Assembly: GCA_964444125.1 (NCBI GenBank)
Contig: CAYUFB010000003.1
Location: forward strand, 1 to 63,916
DNA from: an uncultured Candidatus Saccharibacteria bacterium
GTDB lineage: Bacteria > Patescibacteriota > Dojkabacteria > B142 > JAFGMG01
DNA length: 63,916 nt
Direction of reading: 5' to 3'
The position numbers and the translations under genes are program-made. Every line of letters starts with the position of its first letter. Positions within the stretch are counted from its first letter, which is position 1. Positions 1 through 10,288 of the stretch are shown here, piece after piece. The notes under the pieces are model-generated. The model was not told the origin of the DNA. It did no database searches and saw only the letters and a list, made by a program, of their open reading frames with translations.

Positions 1-40
1 TATTCTTCTAAATACCCTCTTTCTAACTGTTCAACTTTTT

Positions 41-301
41 ATGGGACAGCAGTGTGGATACAATCATAAGAAAGTAAAACATAGTGAGAACGAATTCGCT
101 AGACCAGACGGTACGCATATCAACGGGGTAGAATCATACTGGTCGTGGACAAAGAGAAGACTTAACAAGTTCAATGGTGTCTCAAAAAGACTTTTCTCAG
201 AATATTTGTTAGAATCAGAGTGGAGGTTTAATCACAGGGATACCTTAGAAGAGGATCTTAAAAAATTAATAAGAAAATTGTAAGTTAACTGGGCAAGACC
301 C
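41..301 (+). mobile_element. IS1595-family (ISXO2-like DDE) transposase 3' remnant with probable right terminal inverted repeat
   Basis: ORF 41-283 carries the IS1595 C-terminal signature HINGVESYWSWTKRRL..F.GVS...F..YL.E.EWRFNHR. Bases 1-40 show no transposase-like sequence in any + frame, so it is truncated. CTGGGCAAGACCC (289-301) after the stop resembles an IS1595 end. Confidence 0.8.
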
Positions 302-322
302 ATAATTTTTAACAGTATTGTT

Positions 323-700
323 ATGAAGAAATCATTGCTTGTTTTGATTATTGTTTTATTATTGATACTAGCAGTATCGGGAATTCTATTTCTCACAAAA
401 GATAAACAATCACAAGATAATTCTAAGGATAATGACGATCAAATTTGCGGTATAGAAAGTTGTCATGGATTAGATATCGTTTGCGGGCCGGGTGTCCCAG
501 AAGTTTGCGATATGATGTATGCATTAGGGGATAACTGTAGACAATTTGCAACTTGTGATATTGTAGATGGAGACTGTACATTTGTTGATAATCAAAAATT
601 TGATACATGCAAATCCTGCATCGAAAATTGTCAGAATCTAAACCCTGAAGGTGGAATTGATGTGTTTGAATGTGAGGCAAAATGTATAGAAAATATTTAG
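323..700 (+). CDS. Secreted/membrane-anchored cysteine-rich hypothetical protein
   Basis: N-terminal hydrophobic signal/anchor followed by a domain with 12 Cys. Confidence 0.75.
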   Translation: MKKSLLVLIIVLLLILAVSGILFLTKDKQSQDNSKDNDDQICGIESCHGLDIVCGPGVPEVCDMMYALGDNCRQFATCDIVDGDCTFVDNQKFDTCKSCIENCQNLNPEGGIDVFECEAKCIENI

Positions 701-856
701 GTTGTTGAGATTAGAATTAATAAGTATAATCAAGTAATTTAATTGTTAAGATTTTCTTCATGAAAAATCTCAGATGGAACAAAACTTTCCGGTTGGTGGT
801 GATATTTATTTTGATTTTAATAGTTCTTTATTTAATTTATTCATTAATATAATAAA

Positions 857-1237
857 ATGGCTATACCAAAAATTAAGCAATTACAAAGTGCTTCTCCCAA
901 GACCAAAAAAGGTCTTTTGGCAGTATTAATTACAGCGTTAGTTCTTCTTCTGGCATCATTTGGGCTTGAATTGACCAATAATGACTGGGATATCGAGAAA
1001 TTATTATCTGGAGAATCCTGGTCTGATTCTAGAGTCAGGCGTGACAAAGATGGCAATATTGTTACTTCCGGTGGTAAATATACTGATGAATACAATTGTG
1101 ATGATTTCGAAACACAAGATGCTGCCCAAAGATTTTTTGAAAAAGCTGGAGGAGTCTCTAATGATACCAATAGGCTTGATGGAGACAAAGATGGCATCGC
1201 TTGCGAAAGTCTTCCAAAGGAAGTTGTTAATGAATAA
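857..1237 (+). CDS. Membrane-anchored Excalibur calcium-binding domain protein
   Basis: One TM helix; C-terminal [13 protein letters not shown]...[15 protein letters not shown] matches the Excalibur pattern. Confidence 0.85.
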   Translation: MAIPKIKQLQSASPKTKKGLLAVLITALVLLLASFGLELTNNDWDIEKLLSGESWSDSRVRRDKDGNIVTSGGKYTDEYNCDDFETQDAAQRFFEKAGGVSNDTNRLDGDKDGIACESLPKEVVNE

Positions 1238-1258
1238 TTGTGGTTTCGTTTGAAGGGA

Positions 1259-2032
1259 TTAATCCCATAAAGCTTCGTATCCAGAGATTACTGCGATATT
1301 CGAGAGAAACATCCAAATAATGATGTCGTCAAGAGGGTATGTGTGTCCGTAGATATTTAATGGTATTAAATATTCTCCTGGCCACCACCAATGTCCCAGA
1401 TACATTGATAGTGCTTCATGAAATAAAAACATAAGGCCAAAAACGATTGCCGGCAAAATGAGCCTTTTAATAATATGCCTTTTGTATAAACCTAAAAGTA
1501 TAAATATTGGTGGGAAAATTATAATTCCAAGCATATAGTAATCAAATCTTAGTATCCCTGGTTTGATATAGTATAAAGTGAAAGTTCCAATAAATAATGT
1601 TAGATATAGTAATAGCAATACTTTCCATCTTTGTGATATTTTTCTATTGTTATCTCCATCATAGAAAAATTCATAAAAAGTTATTGGATAAATGATATTG
1701 ATGAATCCATATAGCATATTTTCAACAGGGGCTATACCAAGCAATCTTGGAAAGCTGGATTGAACATCCCAGCTGTCTGTAAGTCTTGCAAGCAATTCAA
1801 CCGGGATTATAAATAGAATCGATAGCATGCTGAAAATTAGAATTTTGTTTTTTGATAATGTAATTTGTGAAAACAAATAAACTAACCCTGGTAAATACAC
1901 AATTAGAATGTTGACCATATAGCTTGGCTTAATAGTAGCTACAACAAATAAACCAAGGAAATATAACCCTACTATGACTAAGAATTGCTTTAACTGATTT
2001 TGCCTTATTAAAATATTTGGATTTTTGCCCAT
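1259..2032 (-). CDS. Polytopic membrane protein, lycopene cyclase (CrtYc/d-like) domain, tandem repeat
   Basis: About 7-8 TM segments with twice-repeated E..a....W......lG..P.E/D...+ motif (ELLARLTDSW...LLGIAPVEN; EALSMYLGHWWW...YPLDD). Confidence 0.55.
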   Translation of the reverse strand: MGKNPNILIRQNQLKQFLVIVGLYFLGLFVVATIKPSYMVNILIVYLPGLVYLFSQITLSKNKILIFSMLSILFIIPVELLARLTDSWDVQSSFPRLLGIAPVENMLYGFINIIYPITFYEFFYDGDNNRKISQRWKVLLLLYLTLFIGTFTLYYIKPGILRFDYYMLGIIIFPPIFILLGLYKRHIIKRLILPAIVFGLMFLFHEALSMYLGHWWWPGEYLIPLNIYGHTYPLDDIIIWMFLSNIAVISGYEALWD

Positions 2033-2086
2033 AGAACAATTCTAGAGTATATCTTGAAGAAAAGGAATTAATATTTTTCGAATTGT

Positions 2087-3109
2087 TTATTTCGTCTTAT
2101 CTTCCTCTTGTTTATTTTTTCTCATTATCTTTCTAACCTTCCTTACAATCTTCTTCCAATTGACTGCAACGATGTACGTTACTCCTGCTACAAAAATTCC
2201 CGCTAGTGAATCTATCACATAGTGCTCTGCTCCATACCAGGTGGCGAAAGCTATAAGTAATGGAATTAATAAACTTGGAATAGCTTTCTTGCCATAGAGA
2301 TTGATGAGAAACAAACTCGCATAAAATGGCCAGGCTGTATGATGTGATGGGAAAGCAGCAAAGTCATTCCTGCCATAAGTTGATACCATACTCAATCCAT
2401 CACTTGGTAGATAGTTATTGTGCCAAAGAATTCTGCGAATTTCTACAAGGTATCCATTATCCGATGCCCACCAAGGGGGTGCAGAAGGAAATATCGCATA
2501 AATAAATACATCCACAATAGAGAAAATTGCTAATCCATAAGCATATGGCTTAAATAATTCTCGTTTCTTGACCCAAACAATAAAACCTACTGCAAGCCAA
2601 TACCAGAAAAATGTTGAATAGAAGAAAAAGAGAACGTAGTCGTACCAGCTTGCTATCCAAAAGTCTTTTCTAAGCGCATATTGAAGCTCCACAGATGGGA
2701 TGTCGTCTAAAAAAAAGAATAATGCTCTCTCCCACTTGATAAGAGGCTCAACAATTGGACTAATATTGAATTTATCATGAATATTTACGGCCCAAGCTCT
2801 TAATGCTTCATAAAGATAAAATAACGCCATAGGAGGCATCCAGTCTTTCACAAATTTCCAGCTTTCACCTATACACAATGACATTATAAGCAAAGTCAAA
2901 ATAATAAAGTCCATGCCAAAAGCTCGTTTGAAAATATTTATGATTATCAAAACAATAATCATAATTAATAGGAGGATACGGCGGGAATTTTCATTTTTTA
3001 GAACTATGTCAAATTTCGAAATTATGATGGACAATCTTTCCTTCAAATTTTTCTCCATTTTCTTTTTTGTTATAAATTTAGTCTGACAATTATAAAAAAA
3101 AATCACCAA
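2087..3109 (-). CDS. PAP2-superfamily (Aur1/inositolphosphorylceramide synthase-like) membrane phosphotransferase/phosphatase
   Basis: FPSAPPW, FAAFPSHH and HYVID motifs in a multi-TM protein. True start probably at the later Met (MEKNLK). Confidence 0.85.
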   Translation of the reverse strand: MVIFFYNCQTKFITKKKMEKNLKERLSIIISKFDIVLKNENSRRILLLIMIIVLIIINIFKRAFGMDFIILTLLIMSLCIGESWKFVKDWMPPMALFYLYEALRAWAVNIHDKFNISPIVEPLIKWERALFFFLDDIPSVELQYALRKDFWIASWYDYVLFFFYSTFFWYWLAVGFIVWVKKRELFKPYAYGLAIFSIVDVFIYAIFPSAPPWWASDNGYLVEIRRILWHNNYLPSDGLSMVSTYGRNDFAAFPSHHTAWPFYASLFLINLYGKKAIPSLLIPLLIAFATWYGAEHYVIDSLAGIFVAGVTYIVAVNWKKIVRKVRKIMRKNKQEEDKTK

Positions 3110-3681
3110 TTTATCCAGTAAACTTTAAGGAGGTGGAGGTTATGATGAGAATATATAAAAACGATTAGTATTAGAATAAGGTTTTATTATTGGGAATAAA
3201 AATAGAAACATAGAATCATATCAGGCCAGATATCGGATTCGTCTGGGTGATCAGTCCATAAATTTGATGTTCTATAAAAAATGTACAACTTTATTCAGTC
3301 TATCAAATTTATTAATTACGTATATGGTATCTTGTTGTACAAATAATTTTGAGCTTACTTAGGAGAATTAAGTATACACTTGTTTACTTTCTTGGTTCAA
3401 TATTGGTACATGAAATTGTTTGCAAAACTCTTGCTAAAGCGGTCTCTGTGCTCTTCTGAACATAGATTGTTTTGTATGATGCGATTGGAGAAATCCTAAA
3501 CTTATGTCTCTAGTCTTTTTGTGGATAAGTGTAATCGCAGGATCAAAAAATATAACTTTTCACTCTGAGATAAATATAAGTAAAAAATTTCACTAGACTG
3601 GATTATCATTTTGAAGTAATATTAGTTTGTGACACATTATTAGTCATTTACACGTTATATTGAATTAAATAAGTAAAAAAT

Positions 3682-6621
3682 ATGGCAACATATACAACTA
3701 CGATTAAATCTGGGAATACTAAGAAATCTAGATTTTCCAAAAGATCAAAAAGAAATTATCTATCAGCTTCATCACCAACAAGCAGAATCAGATCTGGTTC
3801 AAAAAATTTGAAAAGATCATTTTCTGGTAGATTGAGTCCAAAGAACAGAAAAAGGCTCAAGAAAGCTATGTATGCGACTATCTCTGCATTTGTCCTGGTT
3901 CTATTTATTGGATTTATATTTACACTTTGGTATCTACAAAAGATAAGCAAAGACCTTCCAAGTCCAGATGAGCCATTTGGTAGCAAAAATGTTGCAAGCG
4001 TGATTTATGACAGAAATGGTACCCAATTGTACAAGGTATATAGTAATGAAAACAGAGATCCTCTGATACTACCCTCAGATGAGGCTAAAATTACAGAAGT
4101 AGTTCCAGAGCATGTAGTTTGGGCTTTTTTGGCAGCCGAGGATGTGAATTTCTATGATCATTCAGGCTTTGACGTCACTTCAATGGTCTCTTGCGGAGTG
4201 AAAAATATCGCCGGTACGTCTACTTGTGGAGGTAGTACAGTTACTCAGCAACTTGTCAAACAAACTGTTTTGACAAGCGAAAGAAGACTAGAAAGAAAGG
4301 TTAAGGAATTATTGCTTTCTATGCAGGTCGAAAGACTTTATACAAAAGATCAAATACTTGCTATGTATTTAACTGTAGCACCAATGGGAAGCAACGTATA
4401 CGGTGTCAATACTGGTGCGAAATTTTATTTCGGGAAAGAACTGAAAGATTTAACAATTGCCGAAGCAGCAATCCTAGCATCTTTGCCACAGAATCCTAGC
4501 GTATTATCTCCTACTCTATCTACCGCACCAGAGAAGTCTGAAGCAATGCTTGCAGCTAGGAAAGAGTATGTATTAAGCCAGATGTTGAGACACAAGGATA
4601 AAATAAATAAAGAAACTGGTATAGATGATTTGATCACAGAAGAAAAAATCGAGGAGGCAAAAAATCAGGAATTAGCTTATCAGGAGCCAAGGATTGATAT
4701 TAAGGCTCCGCATTTTGTCTTTTATGTTCAACAACTGTTACAAGAGAGAGGATATAACAATGGTCAGCCATTTACATTAGCTGAGCTTGAAACCGGGGGT
4801 TATAAGATCAAGACAACCTTAGACTATACGTTGCAGCAAACTGCTGAAAGCGCTGTTACAAATGATGGAATTGGGGTTTATGGTGCAAGATATGGAGGTC
4901 ATAATGCTGCATTGATTACAACTAGACCATCAACAGGAGAAGTATTGGCATATGTGGGGTCTAAAGATTATAACGGCGAAAAGGAAGAAAAACTGTTTGA
5001 TCCAAAAGTAGATATTTTGACTTCTTTGCAACAGCCAGGATCATCGGCTAAACCAATTACGTATTATAACGCTTTTAGAGATGCAGTAGCTGCACCAGGC
5101 ACACAATTGATGGATATTCCAATTAGTATCGGTAATTACACTCCCAAAAACTCTGACGGGCAATTTAGAGGATTAGATAGCGTAAGAAATCATTTAGTTG
5201 ATTCTCGAAATATTCCAGCGTTGATATTGGTTGAAGCAACTGGTGTTGGCAAATACATTGATACAGCCAATAAATTTGGATATACGACATTTACTGATGT
5301 ATCAAACTATGGCCCTTCTATCACTTTAGGAGCTGCTGATGTCAAAGCAACAGAGCATGCACAAGCATTTGGGGTATTTGCTAATAGCGGAGACTTTGTT
5401 CAACAAGAAGTAGTATTAGAGATACAAGATAGATACGGCAAGGTAATTTATGAGCATAAGCCTGAAAGAGTAACAGTAGCTGACAAACAAGCAGTATTTT
5501 TGGTAAACGACGTATTAAGAGGAGTTCCTTCTGCTTCACCAAGTGTATTTGCTGGTGATGGTAGACAAGTTGCAGCCAAAACTGGAACTTCAGAGGAACA
5601 AAAAGATACTTGGTATGTGATGTATAGTCCTGATTTTGTAACCGTTGGATGGCTTGGTAACAATGATAATACTCCAATGAGACGGGGAGCTTTTGGTTCT
5701 ACTAGTGTGAAACCATGGGTACAAAAATACATGTCATCAATACTTGCATATTTCCCTGAAAAAACTAGTTTCTCAAGGCCAGGAGGGATTTCTACTAAGC
5801 AAATTTGTCAAACAGTCAATGGTGAAAAACTTTGTAGTACTGGTCAAGATTTAGTAATAGATGATCGAATGCCACCAGCATACTTATCTAAAAAAAAGTT
5901 CCTAGTGTGCGATGATCAGCCAGATAGGATAGCTCGTGAAATAGATCAACAAACGGGTCATGCAGTAGAAAAAGAATTTATGACATATATAATGCCGGTT
6001 GAATCATTGCAAAAGTTTGCAAACGAATACTTATCCGGGCATGGAATGCTTACCCCAACGGAGATGTGTACAATTGAAAGAAGTCCAAATAGTGGTAAAC
6101 CGTGGGCAACTATCTCATCTCCTACAGCTGGAGCTACATATAGCGATAATTTGAGTATTTCTTTTAACGCTTTTACTGCAAGTGGAATTATAACAAAGGT
6201 CAATGTATATATAGACGGGACTTTTGTAACTGAAGTGAAAAATCTGCCATATAATGGAAGTATTTCGTTGGCTGATTATTCAGAGGGAGCGCATACTTTG
6301 AAGCTTGATGTCCATGATAGCAATGGAAATGTCGGAAGCAACTCAGTTGGATTTGTAGTTTCCAAAGGAAGTTTCCAAATTACTTCTCCAGCATCAAGCG
6401 GTTCTTATACAGTGCCACTTAATGTCACAGCGAAATATAATGGGACTGGTAATCCAGGTGCAGTCAGTCTTTGTATCAATAGTACTTGTTCAATATCAAT
6501 GACAAAAAGTGGTGATAATTATAGTGCTACAATAAATACTCTTGCTTCTGGGACTCACAGCATATTTGTTAGAAGTAGTACTGGACGTACAAGTCCAACT
6601 ATGCAAATAGAGATACCATAA
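3682..6621 (+). CDS. Class A penicillin-binding protein (transglycosylase + transpeptidase) with C-terminal Ig-like domains
   Basis: Transglycosylase motifs AAED..FY.H.GFD, GGST+TQQLVK, RK+KE; transpeptidase SSAK, SRN, KTGT; Big-like repeats at the C-terminus. Confidence 0.95.
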   Translation: MATYTTTIKSGNTKKSRFSKRSKRNYLSASSPTSRIRSGSKNLKRSFSGRLSPKNRKRLKKAMYATISAFVLVLFIGFIFTLWYLQKISKDLPSPDEPFGSKNVASVIYDRNGTQLYKVYSNENRDPLILPSDEAKITEVVPEHVVWAFLAAEDVNFYDHSGFDVTSMVSCGVKNIAGTSTCGGSTVTQQLVKQTVLTSERRLERKVKELLLSMQVERLYTKDQILAMYLTVAPMGSNVYGVNTGAKFYFGKELKDLTIAEAAILASLPQNPSVLSPTLSTAPEKSEAMLAARKEYVLSQMLRHKDKINKETGIDDLITEEKIEEAKNQELAYQEPRIDIKAPHFVFYVQQLLQERGYNNGQPFTLAELETGGYKIKTTLDYTLQQTAESAVTNDGIGVYGARYGGHNAALITTRPSTGEVLAYVGSKDYNGEKEEKLFDPKVDILTSLQQPGSSAKPITYYNAFRDAVAAPGTQLMDIPISIGNYTPKNSDGQFRGLDSVRNHLVDSRNIPALILVEATGVGKYIDTANKFGYTTFTDVSNYGPSITLGAADVKATEHAQAFGVFANSGDFVQQEVVLEIQDRYGKVIYEHKPERVTVADKQAVFLVNDVLRGVPSASPSVFAGDGRQVAAKTGTSEEQKDTWYVMYSPDFVTVGWLGNNDNTPMRRGAFGSTSVKPWVQKYMSSILAYFPEKTSFSRPGGISTKQICQTVNGEKLCSTGQDLVIDDRMPPAYLSKKKFLVCDDQPDRIAREIDQQTGHAVEKEFMTYIMPVESLQKFANEYLSGHGMLTPTEMCTIERSPNSGKPWATISSPTAGATYSDNLSISFNAFTASGIITKVNVYIDGTFVTEVKNLPYNGSISLADYSEGAHTLKLDVHDSNGNVGSNSVGFVVSKGSFQITSPASSGSYTVPLNVTAKYNGTGNPGAVSLCINSTCSISMTKSGDNYSATINTLASGTHSIFVRSSTGRTSPTMQIEIP

Positions 6622-6655
6622 AATCAATACAATAATTAAGATAATTATTGATTAT

Positions 6656-9118
6656 TTATGATTGGCTTCTTAATTCACCTTGGAATGATTTAGTAATTTT
6701 TTCGATGATTTCAGTAATAATTTTGTTTGCCTCTTCTTCTTCTAAGGTATGTGTAAGAGATCTTAATTCTACATTGAATGCTATGCTTTTTTTGTCTTGT
6801 TTCTTTTTGTCTTCGTAAATGTCGATTACACTTATTTGTCGAATAATTTCATCTGTATTATTCTCAATTGATTTTAATATTTTCTCTACTTCAGTCTTTT
6901 TAGGCAACCAAAAACTCAAGTCTCTATACAATGCCGGGAAAGTTGATATGGGTTGATATTTAGTATGATTTGAAAGATTTGATTCAATAATCTTTGTTAG
7001 ATCAATCTCCATAATTGATAAATTACCGTTTATGTTGAATTCGTGTCTAATTTGGGGATGAATATTGCCAATAATGCCTATAGATTTGCCATTCAATTTG
7101 ATTAATCCGCTTTGTACAGGATGGAAGCTTTCAGGAAAATCCTTTGTTGTTCTGCCATTTAGATTTTCTAATTCTAGCTCAAAACCCCATGAGACTATTT
7201 TTTCATAAAAAGATTTAAGGTTTGAGAAGCTATCATTTGTCTTGCTAAAGAAACCTACGCATAGATGATATGGTTGTGCTGGAATGTTTTTTTCAGCACG
7301 ATTATTCTTATCAATAATTCTACTGATTTCAAAAAGAGAAAAATTATCAAACTTATTTTTTATATTTAATTCGAACTTCTCTAGAACTGATGGAATTAGA
7401 CTATTTCTCATATAGCTTAATTCTGGACTTAGTGGATTGGTAATTTTTAAGCAATTACCAATATCAAGCCCTGCTCTTTTGGCTAGCTTTTCGCCTATCA
7501 TCGAATAGCTAAGTATCTCAATACCTCCAAGATTTACAAACTCATTTTGAATATATTTAATATTTTTTCTGGTTAAGTTATCCTTTGATGGCTCAATAGA
7601 TCTACTTGGCAATGATGGTAAAAATTTCTGATAGCCATACATGCGGGCAATTTCTTCCAAGATATCCTCTTTGATATTTATGTCTCTTCTAAAACTTGGG
7701 ATTTTTAGTGTAATTCTATTGGATTCATCCACGAAGTTTAATTTGTTTTCTTCAATCATCTCATCCCCCAATACTTCAATTTGCAAGCTTTCCAAGATAT
7801 CAACTATTTCGTCTTTAGTTAATTCCAGACCAAGGATTTTTTTGACTAGATTCATGTCAAAAGTCAAAGACCTTTCTTCCTCTGGTTCAGGGTAGATATC
7901 TATGATATCAGAAGCGATTTCTCCTCCTGTCAAATCAATAATATTTGTAGATACATTTTTGATTGTGTCTATGACCATATTAGGATCAAGTCCTTTCTCA
8001 AATCTCAGGCTAGCTTCAGTTCGAATTTTTAATTCTCTTGAAAGTCTCCTAATGGTATACATATCCCAGTTTTCGACCATTATTGCAATATTCGTAGTCT
8101 CTTTTGTAACCTCAGTTTCAAGCCCACCCATGATTCCAGGGATACCAATTAACTTCTCATTGTCAGCTAATACAACTAGTCCTTTGGGTAACTTGTGTTT
8201 AACTCCATCAATAGTAATTATCTCTTCACCTTCTCTTGACTCTCTGATTATTATTTTTTTGCCAGCAAGTTTGTCATAATCAAAAATATGATTTGGTTGC
8301 CCTTTGTCAAGCATTGTGTAATTGGAAATATCAACAATATTGTTGACTGGTTTTTGGCCAAGGTGGGCAAGTCTTGCCATTAGCCAAAATGGAGATTGTT
8401 CTACAGAAATTCCGGCAATGGTAATAATTGAGAATCTTTTGCAAATTTTTTCATCTACTTTTCTATCAACTGTTAGAGCTAATTCATTTGTTTTTGTAAA
8501 TGCAGAAGGAGTTCCTTCGTTGTTGATCTCAAGATTAAAATTTGCTGCAATTTCCCTGGCTATTCCAAGGTGTGAAAAACAATCTGGCCTATGAGTCAGT
8601 GATTTGTTTTCAATTTCAAGAATCGTATCTTGCAGTATTGAAGTTAGATCAGATCCTACCGGTTCACTTTTTGATAAAATCATTACGCCTTTGTGCTCGT
8701 CAAATAGGCCTAACTCTTTAATTGAACACATCATACCTTGTGACTTAACTCCTTGTAGATCTTTTTCAATAATCTTATAACTCTTTTGTTCCCCAATTTT
8801 GCCCAACGGATCAAGGATGCTTCCACCTGATAGACAGACTGGCACTTTGTCACCTTTTTGGGCGTTAGATGCTCCTGATACCACTTGTATCGTTTTATTT
8901 GAGCCAATTTCGATCTTGCAGACAAGTAATTTCTCATTTTTTGGATGGGGATCAATTTCTAGAATTTCTCCAACAACAATTTTGTCCAATCCTTCTCCAG
9001 TTTGATAATATTCTTCTACTTCAGCAATTGTATTTGTAAGTTTTTGTGCAACTTCAGCAGCATCTACCTGATCTATAGAGTTTAAATATTGTTGGACCCA
9101 GTTGAGTGATATTTTCAT
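6656..9118 (-). CDS. pheT: Phenylalanine--tRNA ligase beta subunit
   Basis: MKISLNW start, tRNA-binding OB fold, RPDCFSHLGIARE, RFEKG, FDX-ACB C-terminus; adjacent to pheS. Confidence 0.97.
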   Translation of the reverse strand: MKISLNWVQQYLNSIDQVDAAEVAQKLTNTIAEVEEYYQTGEGLDKIVVGEILEIDPHPKNEKLLVCKIEIGSNKTIQVVSGASNAQKGDKVPVCLSGGSILDPLGKIGEQKSYKIIEKDLQGVKSQGMMCSIKELGLFDEHKGVMILSKSEPVGSDLTSILQDTILEIENKSLTHRPDCFSHLGIAREIAANFNLEINNEGTPSAFTKTNELALTVDRKVDEKICKRFSIITIAGISVEQSPFWLMARLAHLGQKPVNNIVDISNYTMLDKGQPNHIFDYDKLAGKKIIIRESREGEEIITIDGVKHKLPKGLVVLADNEKLIGIPGIMGGLETEVTKETTNIAIMVENWDMYTIRRLSRELKIRTEASLRFEKGLDPNMVIDTIKNVSTNIIDLTGGEIASDIIDIYPEPEEERSLTFDMNLVKKILGLELTKDEIVDILESLQIEVLGDEMIEENKLNFVDESNRITLKIPSFRRDINIKEDILEEIARMYGYQKFLPSLPSRSIEPSKDNLTRKNIKYIQNEFVNLGGIEILSYSMIGEKLAKRAGLDIGNCLKITNPLSPELSYMRNSLIPSVLEKFELNIKNKFDNFSLFEISRIIDKNNRAEKNIPAQPYHLCVGFFSKTNDSFSNLKSFYEKIVSWGFELELENLNGRTTKDFPESFHPVQSGLIKLNGKSIGIIGNIHPQIRHEFNINGNLSIMEIDLTKIIESNLSNHTKYQPISTFPALYRDLSFWLPKKTEVEKILKSIENNTDEIIRQISVIDIYEDKKKQDKKSIAFNVELRSLTHTLEEEEANKIITEIIEKITKSFQGELRSQS

Positions 9119-9136
9119 TTAATGACAACTAAATTA

Positions 9137-10165
9137 TTAAAATTGTTTGATAAATCTAATATCCCCTGTGTGAAACAGTCTGATATCTTCGATATTGTGT
9201 TTGAGCATGATCAATCTTTCAAGTCCAAAGCCCCATGCAAATCCAGTGTATATCTCTGGATCAAGTCCAGCTTCAGAAAGTACATTTGGATGAATCATCC
9301 CGCAACCCAAGACCTCCAACCATCCTGTGTTTTTGCAAACTCTACAGCCTTTCATGTCACACAAAACACAGCTTAAAGCCATTTGGCCACCTGGTTCTAC
9401 AAATGGAAAAAAATCAGGCATAAATTTGACTTGAATATCTTTCTCAAAAAAACTTTCGAAAAAAACTTTTAGGGTACCTAGCATATCTTCAAGTGTAATT
9501 CCCTTATCTACATATATTCCCTCTACTTGATAAAAAGTATGCTCGTGTCTCGCATCGGTTGATTCGTTTCGAAAGCACTTACCAGGTACTATTGCACGTA
9601 TTGGAGGAGTATTTGATTTGATAATACGATTTTGCATAGAAGACGTGTGAGTGATAAGTACATTGCCATCTTCTGTCCAAAATGTATCCCAAGCATCTCT
9701 AGCAGGGTGCTCTTTGGGTATATTTACACTCTCAAAATTATGATAATCATCGTCAATCTCATAAGGTAGATATACTTCAAAACCCATCTTGGCAAAAATC
9801 TCTTCTACCCTATTGAGAATCTGGCTAATTGGATGCAGATGACCCTGTTGCATTTTGCTTCCTGGGACTGTAATATCCATCCAATCTTGGATTATGCTTT
9901 TATCTAATTCCTGTTTCGCAAGAAGATTTCTCTTTGTATTTAGTTCATCGCTGATGATATTTTTGGTTTCATTCGCTAATTTCCCGATACTTACTCTAGT
10001 TTGTGAATCTAAGGTTTTTATAGATTTGAGTATTTGATTGAATTTGGATTTTCTAGATAGAAATTGTAACCGAGTTTTATCTAATTCTTCTGTTGTTTGA
10101 GCTTTTTTTATTGATTCTATAGCCTTATTTTTGATTCCTTGTATGTCAGAGCTAATATCAGTCAT
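9137..10165 (-). CDS. pheS: Phenylalanine--tRNA ligase alpha subunit
   Basis: GHLHP, HPARD..DTF, THTS, FPFVEPG, GFAWGFGLERL. Confidence 0.98.
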   Translation of the reverse strand: MTDISSDIQGIKNKAIESIKKAQTTEELDKTRLQFLSRKSKFNQILKSIKTLDSQTRVSIGKLANETKNIISDELNTKRNLLAKQELDKSIIQDWMDITVPGSKMQQGHLHPISQILNRVEEIFAKMGFEVYLPYEIDDDYHNFESVNIPKEHPARDAWDTFWTEDGNVLITHTSSMQNRIIKSNTPPIRAIVPGKCFRNESTDARHEHTFYQVEGIYVDKGITLEDMLGTLKVFFESFFEKDIQVKFMPDFFPFVEPGGQMALSCVLCDMKGCRVCKNTGWLEVLGCGMIHPNVLSEAGLDPEIYTGFAWGFGLERLIMLKHNIEDIRLFHTGDIRFIKQF

Positions 10166-10288
10166 CTTGAATTTGTTAAATAATTATAGGCAATTATATT
10201 AGTTTATATGCTATCTATCAAGTAATATATTATGTTGAAGTCTGATAGTTTAATCTATACAATGATAAATAGTTAATTAATTACATAA

